Source: Caecitellus pseudoparvulus (taxonomy: Eukaryota; Protista; Bigyra: Bicosoecida). Taken from it: a stretch of 64,000 bases of DNA. A program made the translations under genes and the position numbers. The notes beneath the pieces were generated by a model. It had not been told where the DNA came from. It ran no database searches and saw only the letters and a program-made list of their open reading frames with translations. Where the stretch lies: the NCBI GenBank assembly GCA_965644315.1, contig CBFFRQ010000016.1, forward strand, positions 62,001 through 126,000, written 5' to 3'. Shown piece after piece: positions 1 to 11,064 of this stretch; within the stretch, counting starts at the first letter, position 1; the number at the start of each line of letters is the position of its first letter.

Positions 1-2
1 TG

Positions 3-1070
3 GACCGCATTGACATCAATGGCCCCCTCCCCACAAGCGACCTCGTCTTGGATGCCTTTGTGTCCTGGACAGGCCGCAGCTCAGTGGAAGTGACGGTTCG
101 CATGTTCCCAGCCTCCGCCGTGCAAGACGGCCCCGGCATGCGCACAGCCGTGACGTGTCCCCCGCTGCTACAGGCAGCAGTGGTCATGGTGCAGCTGGAC
201 CCGCACACCCGCAAAAGCAAACAGGTGCCCCTGCTCCTGCAGCCTGACGCGCTCGCCGCTAGCATGGCCGAGGCGGGGGAAGCTGCCAGTGCCACTCGGC
301 AGGCAGAACGCGCCCGTGCCCTGGACAGGGCAGCACCGGCGTCACACGAGCTCCAGCGCGTGCATGATCAAATGTTGAAGGTGAAGGCTGCCCTGGCAGA
401 AATGGGCGCGGACTCTGTGGCTGCTGTGAAGCACCTGCCAGCTGCTGCAGTTGGCTTTCCGCCGGCGATGCGTTTCGTGCCGGTGGTGTCACAGGCTTCA
501 ACGCGGCGCAGCACCAGTGTGCTGACGCACCCCCAAGACAGAAACACAGCAGGGGCGGTATTTGGCGGCCTCCTCATGCGCAGGGCGTACGAGTTGGCGC
601 AGGTGGTGGCCACAGAGGCGTGTTTGGCGGCCAGCGAGAGGTGGCCCGCAGATGCACCTGGCGGCAGCTGCGCCTTGCCCCGACTGGTGGGCGTGGACGA
701 CATCGCCTTCGTGCGCCCTGTGCCTGTGGGCTGCATCCTGCGCTTGCAAGGCTGCGTGACCAGCACCACAGGTGCCGCGTTGCAGGTGGCAGTGCAGTGC
801 ACTGTGCAGCGCGCCGACCAGCCGGGGCAACCTGCGCAGCACACGAACTCCTTCCACTTCACCTTCGCCAGCATGTCCCTGGACAGCTGTCGCAGCCCAG
901 GCACCCAGCCAGCCTTCGCCATGGCTGCAGCAGTGGTGCCAGAGACGTACGATGAGGTGATGCAGAGCATTGACGGGGCGCGCCGGCTGCAGGCCTCTCA
1001 CACCCACGCCACCAGCTCAGGCAGTCTGTACGCCCCTGCATTCCAGGTGGGCATGGAAGATCGGACATGA
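3..1070 (+). CDS. Double-hotdog acyl-CoA thioesterase (ACOT9/ACOT7-like), 5' truncated by the window edge
   Basis: The frame is open from base 3 (DRIDINGPLPTSDLVLDAFVSWTGRSSVEV). The second hotdog domain has HPQDRNTAGAVFGGLLMRRAYELA, VDDIAFVRPVPVGCIL and HTNSFHFTF. Confidence 0.85.
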   Translation, partial: DRIDINGPLPTSDLVLDAFVSWTGRSSVEVTVRMFPASAVQDGPGMRTAVTCPPLLQAAVVMVQLDPHTRKSKQVPLLLQPDALAASMAEAGEAASATRQAERARALDRAAPASHELQRVHDQMLKVKAALAEMGADSVAAVKHLPAAAVGFPPAMRFVPVVSQASTRRSTSVLTHPQDRNTAGAVFGGLLMRRAYELAQVVATEACLAASERWPADAPGGSCALPRLVGVDDIAFVRPVPVGCILRLQGCVTSTTGAALQVAVQCTVQRADQPGQPAQHTNSFHFTFASMSLDSCRSPGTQPAFAMAAAVVPETYDEVMQSIDGARRLQASHTHATSSGSLYAPAFQVGMEDRT

Positions 1071-1259
1071 TTCCAAAAATTAAAGCACGTCTTCTGACTC
1101 CCAGCACCCGTGCAAGTCGTGGCATGCTGTGCCCTGCGTCACCCACCTGCTGCGAAACCAGGCCAGAGGCCCCTGCCACGCGCCTTCCCCGAGGTCGCGG
1201 GTCAAGCCCCCCCACACCTAGTGTGCAGGAGTGCAAGCAGCGTTGCAGACAGTCGCATC

Positions 1260-1698
1260 ATGTCTGACCTTCCGCCTTCCGATGCCCCCCAGCGTGCGTG
1301 CAGGGGCTGCCTTGCCAGCGCTGGCCTGCCCCAGCCCACCCACAATTCCGCACTCCCCTCTCCCTGCAGGCATTGTGTACAAGTCTGAGGAGGAGCGCCC
1401 CATGAAGGTATCCCAGAGCGTCCTTTCACGGGAGCGCATCAACATCTACAACCGCGATTTCTGCGCGCATTTCTTGGTGCCACTGAACCGGTGTCGCCGC
1501 GCTCAACCTCTGCACCTGTCTCTGCCCTGGTCTTGCCACGAGGAGCTCCACGCCTATGAGCGCTGCCAGCACATTGAGTACGTGGAAACCCGCATAGCAT
1601 GCATGGTTGGCGCTCGCCCGTCACTCCCCTGCCCCCCCCCCTGCTTCCCTCCCAGGAGGCTGAAGGAAGAGCAGCGCAAGCTGGACGGCGAGCGGTGA
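1260..1698 (+). CDS. NDUFB7: NADH dehydrogenase (complex I) subunit B18/NDUFB7
   Basis: ATG at 1260; introns 1294-1369 and probably 1578-1655. The twin CX9C-type signature RDFCAHFLVPLNRCRR...LPWSCHEELHAYERCQ matches NDUFB7. Confidence 0.9.
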
Positions 1699-1785
1699 CC
1701 AGCTGTTTGTTGTGCGTTGCTGCAGCTGCCGCGGCACTGCGGGCAACCTCCTGATTGCACACATGTCAATGCATGAAAGATGGAT

Positions 1786-3008
1786 TCACCAGCCCAGCGG
1801 GTGCGGCGTGTCAAAGTGCTCCCGCAACTCCTCCCGCAGCGCCAGCCGCTTCACCAGCTCGTAGGCAGACATGATCACAGCGCCGTTGGGGGCCAACATC
1901 CAGAACCGCGCCGCCACACCCTTCATCAAACCCGCTGCGCCTTCCTCAGCCACCAGGGTCCGGGCTGTGGCCAGCACCCCCTGCCCCTTCACCTGCACGC
2001 GCACCCGGATGACGTCCAGCGGACACCCCAGCACTGCCACACAGGCCCCAGCGCCGAAGCCAGAGGCAGTCTCGGACACACGGGTCAGCCATCGCTGCTG
2101 CTGCTCTGGCAGCGTCGTAGGGATGACGCCTTTGCTGGCCCGCCGGAGGATGGCGTACGCCGTCCACCAAATGCCGCTGGACGGCACGTTCTGCGCGATG
2201 CTGGCCCAGTACCCCCGGTACAGCCCTAGAGCGCCACGCTCCGCGAGCAGGCTGCGCACCACACGTAGCACTGCACCCCGCTGCTGAGGCGGCTGCTGGC
2301 TCGTGGCCGCTGCTGCAGCTGCGCGTGCGGGTGCGCCACTCTCCGCCATGACTGTCTGCGACACAACGTCGATGGGGTTCGCGATGAGCTGTGACATGAA
2401 CACCGCCACAGCTGCTGCACAGAACGTCCGCAATGCCTCTGGGCGCTCTGCAGGCTGCAGCCCCTTCATGTACTCAAACACTGTAATGTACACCTGCCCC
2501 CCAAACAAGCTCAAAGCATTCACAGCAAAGCCTCGGTACAGTCCTGCGACACCTTCAGTGCGCAGAATGGTGCGCAGGGCATCAAACGTCCCAGTATACC
2601 GCGAGTGCTTGCGCTGGGTCTGTGAGGAGAGCAGGGCGTCAAGCATCATGCAGAGGGGCAAGGTCCAGCGTTCGCTGGGCACTCCTGCGGAAATTGCCTC
2701 CGATGACGCACCTGCAGGCGAGTTTTGATCAACATCGCTGGAACGACAGAGTGGGGGGAGGCGAGGGAGTGTAGATGAAATAGATCACGGGGGCATGAGG
2801 CAACTCTGGGGTGCCACGCGAACGAGCGCAGCGAGTAGCCTGCAGCGTCCCTGGCGCAACACGCACCTGGGTGTGTGAAGACTCGAACGCAGCTGAACAC
2901 TGCCGGGCCCCACAAGAAGAACCTGCTCTTGTCAATGTGCTGCCACTCGATTGGACCCGCTTTCCTCAGGGTGCTGCGGCGCATGCCCGAGCCCTCTGCC
3001 TCTTCCAT
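1786..3008 (-). CDS. SLC25A44: Mitochondrial carrier family protein, SLC25A44-like
   Basis: The spliced product (two introns near the 5' end) reads IEWQHIDKSRFF...HP/AMLIKTRLQ/TQRKHSRYTGTFDALRTILRTEGVAGLYRGF. Carrier motifs NPIDVV and CPLDVIRVRVQ are present. Confidence 0.85.
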
Positions 3009-3559
3009 CTTGATCGACGAGAGTGGCTGGCCGATGCAGCAGGGCGCCCAGCTTGCGCCCCAAGCGAAGCCACGCTCTGAAGCCAGTACGAGGCTGGTGC
3101 ACCCCAAAGGGGTGCACAATCTACATTCACCTCGTGTCCGGCTCTGAACTTGTGAGGGGGTGGTCTATTATGCCGCGGGTATTGCTGTGCTGCAAGTCAG
3201 CGAGCTGGCGTACTTGCCTGCCTCGAAGATACAGCAAGTAGAGGGCGGCAGCAGCTGGGGAGCAAAGAGAGTGTGGGTATCTGGGTTTCCCTGGTCCTGC
3301 GCAGCTGCACCATGCTGCTCGCGATGACAGACAAGGCACGCTCCAGCACACTTTCCACGAGCAGATGCGCCGGGAAAGGCACAAGCTCCAGCCAGCAACA
3401 CCGACCGATCACTGGCTGCAATCAAAGCAACACCTGTCGTCTCAAGTCAGGCTTGTGTCAGTGGCCGCCTCTTGAGAGCAGCATCCCTCGATCTGCTCCT
3501 TGAGCACAGATGCGGCCAGCGGAGTGGAGGCTACAAACTCGCAGGGCGTCTAAGTCACC

Positions 3560-6500
3560 ATGGGGCAGAAGCGAGTGCTTCTGCTCGTGGCTTTGGCCTG
3601 CTTGCACAGCGCCCTGTCTTTGGTGGAACCGAAGTGCGTAGGCATGCAGGCGCAAAGCGGAAAATGCTCCTCAAGTCAACGCACGTCACCTGCGCCCGGC
3701 TGCTCTTCGCGCAGCAGCGAAGCAGAGGAGCGGCTCCTAAAAGCACACGCAAGACATGGTGTAATGAAGCAAACGGAAGAGTTTAGCATTGAACCTTGGA
3801 GCTCGGTGCTTCACACGGTAGGTTTGAAGGCTGGAGCCTGGCCTGCGCAAGACCCCGCCGACAGCCCGAGGCGGGGTTCACCTGAAAGGGAGGCCTCCTG
3901 TGCCAAGGTCATTGGCAGCATGAACACACACCTTTACGATATCCCCTTTGCAGGAGGCAGGTACCGCGCCGGATCCACGTCCAGCACGCGCCCTCCGCCC
4001 CATCTTACGTACTTGCGCAATTGAAGCGCTGCAGCCCGTCTCAGGAACTTTGCTCACTGCCCGGAAGTTGCTGGGCTCGTGGGCAAACGCGCATGGCGAA
4101 GAGGTGTCCAAAGCAGTGATGCATTCTGCTGTGGAGGCTGCTGAAATGCGCATGCGTCCCAGAGCAACTGGGCGGGGCAGAAGTGCTGCGAGGGCAGCAA
4201 GGGAATGGTGGCGCACATCCCCGCCTCACAGGGGCAAAGAATTTCCCCGCCGACCCATCAAGAATAGCAATAGTCCTATGGCTGATGTGCAAGGAGCAAT
4301 TGAACATACCTGGGCTGCCGTGAGCAGCTGCCTTATTGACATAATATCCTCCTGTAGTGGAGGCACTGGCCTGCCAGCCCACACCGACCTCATTGCTCAA
4401 GAAGTGTTTTACATTGCAGAGCAGTGGCCACTTTACAAAGAAAACACGGAAACTGATCCAAGTGCAGCTTGTTCCAGTCTCCTGCCAGCTGAGGCTGTGC
4501 ACCGACAGTCCTCCAGTCAGATGCTGCCACGGCTGGTGACTGGCGTGGTGCCCCTCTCGCAAGCTTGTACAAGCGACTGGCCGTTCTCAGATGGCAAAGC
4601 AAGTGCCACAGCCTTTAACCTTGGAGCCGCTCGTCAGGCTGCCACCTTGTGGGCCAATGTTGCTGCTGGGCGAGGCGCTGCCGATGAGGTCGTGGTGGCG
4701 GTACACATGGCTGCCGTGCCCCACCCTTCCGATCTCGTAGCCCACATCCTTCCGACGGCAGTGCGTGGTCTGCACGGAAGCATCGAGTTACCTCCGGCAT
4801 CGCTGCTCTCTGTTCAAGTTCTGCTGCAACTGGGGGCGCTCCATTTCTCGCTGGATCGACCTCAGCTCGGCATGCTTGCGTTTGACGCTGCGTTTGAAGC
4901 CATCGCAGCCATACAGCGCAAGATCGACAATGTCCGTGGTGCAGAACTGAAAAGCGACCTAGCATGCAACGAGCTAAGCATAGGAGGCGTTGCAGAAGCA
5001 GTTGTGCTGCACACCCTGACGGGGCCTGTCCGAATTCTGTCGCTCGCACATTGGACCCTTCGCACTGTTGCGAACATGCTGAACGTTGCCAGGCGCCATG
5101 AGCTGGGAAAGTACCTTGACAATTCCCTACTAGTGGCTCCTTTTGGGGATGGACTTCGGCAAAGGGCTGATGAGCCAGGTTGCCTGTCGCCTGTCCTGCG
5201 CCACTTGAGACAGCTGCTTGCTGAAGCCAGTGCCCGACCTCCGACATCCGCATATGTTGGTACCCCTAGTCCTCTGTTTTCAGTCGACAAAACGTCTACC
5301 CCATGCTACACATTAGCTGCCTCGGCCCGGGTGCACTTGCGCTTCCCGAAGAACGTGACCATGCGCATGCTTGAGCTGGAACGTGCGCGAGTCGGTCGTT
5401 TCATCGAAGACTCTGAACGAGAAGAAGCCCTGCAGTGCGGGCGCTGGCTGAATTCGGAACAAATAGAGCGGGAGTTCCCCCCTTCTCCTTGTGCCATGGT
5501 ATGGGGGATGCTGTCAGCCTTGCAGGCTGCAGTTGATGTGTGGAGAACCGACATGGCCAAGCGGCTTCAGGACGAGTGCCGGCCCAAGCCGCCTCGAACG
5601 CCAAAGCCAGTGGGGCAAGTGCGGGCTCTGAACATCCTCCACGCAGCACTGCGTGCTACCACGAAAAGTGCTGAGGTTCTCACAAGCTTGGCAGATGTTT
5701 ACTCCTTTGGGCTTGGCGTCGGGCACCATTGGGGCTTTGGGTCACACATCTACGCTGCCTCTGCAGAGCTCAGGTCGCGCGTGAAGGAGGCGTGTCCAGC
5801 TCTGAGCCCAACCGGCGCGAAAGAGCCACAGCTGGATGGGGTTTGGAGGACCCTCGGGACAGACCTTGCCAATGGGCTTCGCTCCCTGTTCAGCATCGTG
5901 CGCAGAACGTTGACTGTTGCTTTTCCGTGGGCAACACTCGAAGGCCAAACACATGAACATAGCCGCAACCACAACCTTGACATTGACGTTGGGAGGGCAG
6001 AGGTCATAGTGCGCAGGGCATCTCGTGCAACGCCCTCCATGTCGCAAGCTCTCCCAGCAATACAGGAGGCGTTGGGAAAGCCCGGCGCACCTCCTGATGG
6101 CCAGAGCGGGCAGGGAAGCCTGCACAGGGGCCCTGCACCGCCCCACAGCACTGCAAAGTCTTACGGCCTGGATATAGCGCAGGCTATTCGGTACTACACT
6201 GCTGCCTTGACCGCACAAAGGCATGCAGCTCAGCAGGGACACTCTTCTGTGGCTCACCTCAGAAGGTTGTGCACCCCGCGCCGCCTTGCGTCCCTGAAGT
6301 TCCTTCAGAGCCTTGACGCCCCAGTCGTTGCCCTGGGACAGTCGCATGCCTACGCTGCCATGCGGCTGGGTTGGCTGCACTGGCAGAGGCAAGATGCTGT
6401 ACAAGCGCGAGATGCGTTCCAGGATGCCTTGGACAGCTTCCACGATGAGCAGACGCCTTCAGCTTCAATACCCCACCTATCAACCCGGATAGGAGCCATT

Positions 6501-6821
6501 CTAGCGGAAGCTAGGTCGGGCATTCTGTCCCGCTCGGAAGCAGAGCTCCAAGTTGGTGTCACTGTTAACCAAATCGTTGAGCATGACAGCTACTCTACAG
6601 TCCAGCCTCGCTCTGTGGCAGGGAGCCTGCAGAACCAGGAGAACTTCCATGCAGCTATGCAAGGAAGAGTCCAAGAGCAAGGAATTGCTACTCCTGAAAC
6701 CAGTGGTAGCGATTGCACAGTACTCTTCCAGCTCTCTGCTGTGCTGCTTCGCCAGGGCTTTGCCTCAAGCGCCAAGCGACTTCTTAAACTTGCAGCGCAA
6801 CTCAAGGCCCGGCCGCATTGA
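3560..6821 (+). CDS. Large secretory-pathway protein with Sel1/TPR-like helical repeats, function unknown
   Basis: The N-terminal signal peptide (MGQKRVLLLVALACLHSALS) is joined by a probable intron near 3961-4044 to the 957-aa ORF. Sel1/TPR-like segments include TSLADVYSFGLGV, DIAQAIRYYTAAL and AAMRLGWLHWQRQDAVQARDAFQDAL. Confidence 0.55.
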
Positions 6822-6849
6822 GCTCCAAACAAGCTGAAGTAGGGCGCCT

Positions 6850-8943
6850 TTATTCAACGGGGTCTCCACTCATCACAAGCTCTACTGCTTGCTGCACACA
6901 GTCCGCTTGGTGCTGCTTACTGCCCTCGCCATGCTGGAGCGCAGTGAGCAAGTCTGAAGGCTGCCAAACGTCGGCTGCTCGGTCAGCCAAGCCCAAGCCT
7001 CCCGCAGCATGCAGGGAAGTCATTAAAGGTCTAGCAAGTGACATGACTGGGGCAAGCCAGTGGTGTGTGGTTATTTGTCCGCTGGTGGCCGCGCTGGCAG
7101 AGAGGCTGCGCTGCAGGGTGTCGAATGCCGGGCCAGAGGCTGGAATCCCCAAGGAGGCAAGCACCTCCCCAGAGTATACTGAGAGGTGGCCCATCAGTGC
7201 TATGTGTTCACATGCTGACCGTGCAGATGCGTTCAGCGCCCGTACCAGCTCCTCTGCGGCCTGGCACTCGGTCTCTCGCACGCAGTCCGGCAAGTGGACT
7301 GGCAGTATGGACGCACGTGGGAACGAGAAACTGCTGTTGCTGCTGGAGGAATGTATAACGAGGGTCGTTTTCGCAAGCTTGCATGCAGCTTGTAGTGCTC
7401 TCAAGCACCCCTGCTGGTGTCTCCGCTTGAAGCCCCATGAAAACCCGGGAGACGTGATGCACTGCATGACTGGTGTCAATCGGTTGGTCGAGGCCAAGAA
7501 AGAAGCATGCGCCGAAGCAGGCCAAAGCGGAGCAGCAGCAAATGAACTTGGTAATGGAGCGTCTGGTTCCAAAATGTTTCGCGCTGCAGTCCGGGCGGAA
7601 GCCGCAGCGTGCTGTTGCAGCAGAAGGGAGGGCAGCAAATGTGATGTTGTGGACACGCCACCAATCTCTGTATCTTGCCCCCCGAAGGAAGCCATGGTGA
7701 CAAACTCTTGCATGAACAATAGTCGACCGTCATGCTGCTGGCTCGCAGCACGGTTGCCTGTTGTCCGGATTCGAACAGAATCGGGCGCAGAATACTGCCT
7801 CTTCAGCTTTGTCGGCTCCAGGGCCGAGCCCGGCTCAGCACCAGCAGACCCGCTTACATCGACATGAACCATGCCACCTAAGTGGAGCACCAAGTCCAGT
7901 ACACAGCAGCTGGCCTCGGCATACACAGCTGCCAAGCCAGCGTCACTCGTGCGCGCAAGGGTGCCCGGATGCTCCATCCACTCAAGAAGCCGCACACAGG
8001 ATCGCAGCACACTTGCATGATGCTCGTGATTGTGCGCCATGCCCCAAGACTGGGCAACCATCGCACTGCTTGCCCGTTGTGACACGCGCAGGAGCCAAGC
8101 GGGGTTCTGCCACGCTCGGAGACCGCACAGCATGGCTGACCCGGAGAGGACCACATCCCAAGCTGCCCTCAGTACTGAGGCTTTCCTGGAGAGCAGGGCC
8201 TCAATGACAATGCTCAAAGCCTTGCCGACCTGTACGGCGGCTTGCTCAGAGTCTGGGCTGGCGGAAGACTCGAGCTCGCCAAGCACGTCCATGAGGAGAG
8301 TGCCAGTCTGGGAGAGAAACAGCGCTGACACATCAGAGGCCCAGGACGAAGTGAACACTTTCTCGAAAGAAGCAGCGAACACATGTGGGTGTGCTTGCAT
8401 GAGGCAAAGGCGTTGAATGCAGGCAGCAACAAGCTCCACCACGACGGGTCGGAGAATCGAGCGGTCCAAGCGAGACAAACTTGCCAGCACCATCCAGCAA
8501 TGAACAGGAAGCACGCCACTGTTGACGTCTTCCATGCGATCCCTCAAACATGAAAAGAAATGTGTGACCTTGTCGTTGCGCTTGAGGTCTGCGCCAATCC
8601 CGCGCCGAGGGTGCAGCCCAAGCATGGCCTCCGCCATGGCAGCAGAGCTGACTGCTTGCTCCCCGTTTGTGCTCCAGTTCCACTTGATAAAATGGAAAAA
8701 ATCTCGGTCACTCTTATCATTCCCGTCCGATGGTGGCTCGTGCATCCCATGCCGCTCGCAGAGTCGAGGGAGTGCGGCGCTCACACCCCTCGTCCAACCC
8801 TGATGTGCAAGGAAAACACTGCCTGCAGGGCCAAGGCAGTGCCCACCCACCCTGAGTGCCGGAGACTGAGGAAACCATAAACCAGGGCCAGCCACAGTGC
8901 GAGGAAGCAAGCTAGTGCTTCGCAGCGGGCAGCGCACGGCCAT
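6850..8943 (-). CDS. Hypothetical alpha-helical protein with a possible mitochondrial targeting peptide
   Basis: ~697-codon uninterrupted ORF from ATG 8943, with an Arg/Ser-rich, acid-poor N-terminus (MAVRCPLRSTSLLPRTV) and an Ala/Leu-rich body. No family recognised. Confidence 0.55.
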   Translation of the reverse strand: MAVRCPLRSTSLLPRTVAGPGLWFPQSPALRVGGHCLGPAGSVFLAHQGWTRGVSAALPRLCERHGMHEPPSDGNDKSDRDFFHFIKWNWSTNGEQAVSSAAMAEAMLGLHPRRGIGADLKRNDKVTHFFSCLRDRMEDVNSGVLPVHCWMVLASLSRLDRSILRPVVVELVAACIQRLCLMQAHPHVFAASFEKVFTSSWASDVSALFLSQTGTLLMDVLGELESSASPDSEQAAVQVGKALSIVIEALLSRKASVLRAAWDVVLSGSAMLCGLRAWQNPAWLLRVSQRASSAMVAQSWGMAHNHEHHASVLRSCVRLLEWMEHPGTLARTSDAGLAAVYAEASCCVLDLVLHLGGMVHVDVSGSAGAEPGSALEPTKLKRQYSAPDSVRIRTTGNRAASQQHDGRLLFMQEFVTMASFGGQDTEIGGVSTTSHLLPSLLLQQHAAASARTAARNILEPDAPLPSSFAAAPLWPASAHASFLASTNRLTPVMQCITSPGFSWGFKRRHQQGCLRALQAACKLAKTTLVIHSSSSNSSFSFPRASILPVHLPDCVRETECQAAEELVRALNASARSACEHIALMGHLSVYSGEVLASLGIPASGPAFDTLQRSLSASAATSGQITTHHWLAPVMSLARPLMTSLHAAGGLGLADRAADVWQPSDLLTALQHGEGSKQHQADCVQQAVELVMSGDPVE

Positions 8944-9491
8944 AAAGGCGCTGCTGTCCGCCGCGAAACGCCAGCGAAACTCTGAGGTGTACTTCAGCAA
9001 CAGGGCAGCAAAAAGCGGCTGACAATTCCAGCGTGGTTGCAATACGGATTAAAATGCGACTTCGGTTGAGTTTGAAGTATCCGGAAAGTATCGAGCTCAG
9101 GCAAATGCTGATCGAAACTCGCGCAGCTGAGCGATGGCGAGGCCACCGGTGAGGCGCAGAACTGCAGCCGCTCAACTGCCGAAGTGAACGGTTGGATGAG
9201 GCATGAGGGGGAAATCCACGGAGTGGCTTGATTCAAGATGCAAGGCTTAAGCTGCGGGGTCTAAGATTAGTTTTCAACCCCTGTCGTGTTCGTAGCGAGA
9301 TCCCTCCTCACTTGAACGCCTCAGGGAAATCTGCTCACAACTCAAATCACAACTTGCCACAACGGTCCTCAACTTTTCCACTGTTCTTGCCCTATGCACT
9401 CGCATGTGTAGTGCTCCAAACTGCCTCATCTTGAGCAGGAGCCTTCATCAGGCGCACGCCTTGCCTTGCGCGCCCACCTGTCTGACACGCC

Positions 9492-11064
9492 ATGGCTGCC
9501 AGATCCACACTCCCGCTCCGCGAGGGAGGCCCCGACCCAAACCACGACGTCCACATCATCCCACCTGATGACAATGAAGTACGCTGCGTCAGCATTCCCT
9601 ACAGCATGAGATGTGCGTGCGCCCCGCCACGTGGTGGCTTAGCACGACTTGTTGCGCCAGATAGCAGCAGTGCTCGCGAAAACCTCAATAGCCCACCACG
9701 CCTCCTTTCCCCCTCGTTGCCTGAACACAGTCATCATCGGCGATGCACACCAGGTTGCTCAGGCCATCGCGACGGAAGAGGGCTGCAGCATCCTGCCCTC
9801 GGATGGATGGGTGCTGCACCCTGTGGAGCCAAGTGGCACCCCCGTGCAAACGCTGACGCTGATGACTGACAGCGGGGACAACTCTGCAGCGACGTCAGCG
9901 GCAGCGGCTAGGATCGTGGAGAGCTTGCATCGCCTGCACAGGTTTGGCTCTGAGCCTGAGCCTGACATCGGGCCAACTCCTGCACCAGCTCCAGCTCCAG
10001 CTCCAGCTCCAGCTCCAGCTCCAGCTCCAGCTCCAGCACCAGCACCAGCACCAGCAATTTCAGTAGTAGCAGACCCTTCGCCAGCGCCTGTGCCTGCACC
10101 AGAACCTGTCCCTATGCATGTACCTGCATCAACACCCGAGGAGCCACAAGCGCTTCTTGCCCAGGCCGCCGACATCGCACCCCTGCACACCATTCTGGAT
10201 GTCATGGATGCTCTCGACGATCGACTCCGTGCACGGCGATCAGTTGCAATGTCCAAGCCCGATGCAGAGGCCACCCTGGCGGAGAAACTTGGCGATGCCA
10301 GGGCACATCTGGGTCCGGGATGCACGTGGGGACAGCTGCTGGACAACATGGTGGCGCAGCAGTACCTGCGAGAAGGAAGCAGTGGAGTCGCTCCCCGGTG
10401 GCAGGGAAACACGACTTCATCGCGGAAGGTGCCAAAGATCGTTTGCGACAACATGCTCGAGAGCGTGCGCATGTTCCTTCAGGACGGCACACCAAAACCC
10501 ATGCAACAGTTTGGGGTCTTCTTTTCTGATGAGCTTCACGCACCTTTCACTCCCAATCAACTGGTGAGGGCTGTTGGGTACAAGAATGTGTCCACATTCC
10601 TTCGCGACTTCCCCGATCACGTCGCTGTCAGCCATGACAACAACTTCCTGTCTGCCGCGGGCACACCTCCTGAACCCGAAAAACCAACACCAGACGTTGA
10701 TTCCTCAGCAGAACAGGATATCCCTGGCAAAGCTTCCTCAGGCCACGGTTCCCCTGTCCAGCCCCCCCCTGATCAGCCTCCCTCTGATCAGCCAAAATGC
10801 GCACTGAGTGGGCAACCATGTACAGAAGCGGTGCCCCTCTCTGCAGCAGGTGGCCCGCAGGTTTTCGTTGAGAGGAGTGTCCTCCTGAAGAAGCTCAAGG
10901 AGCTGAAAAAAGTCGGGCAGACTTACACACGCATCCAAGGCATCACTGTGGATGTGAATGCCAAGCTTGACGAGCTCTCAGCTGACGATGACGAGTCGTC
11001 TGATGGCCAAGGGGACGAAGACGAAGGGGACGAGCCAGAATCCAGTGGCTGCAAGCAGCAATGA
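9492..11064 (+). CDS. Putative RNA-binding protein: degenerate KH domain, (PA)n linker, LOTUS/OST-HTH domain, U-box-like domain and acidic tail
   Basis: Intron 9613-9730 (GTGCGT...ACAG) joins the two ORFs to give VRCVSIPYSMRFIIGDAHQVAQAIATEEGCSI...TLTLMT...AAAARIVESL (KH-like). LOTUS-like: VRMFLQDG...VRAVGYKNVSTFLRDFPDHVAV. U-box-like: CALSGQPCTEAVPL...VFVERSVLLKKL. Confidence 0.6.
9985..10056 (+). repeat. Coding hexanucleotide repeat (CCAGCT)8(CCAGCA)4 encoding (Pro-Ala)12
   Basis: Read directly from the sequence. Confidence 0.95.

Noticed and set aside
3127-3500. Possible small gene between the carrier and the Sel1-like gene
   Set aside because: I could not build a consistent ATG/splice model or recognise a product.
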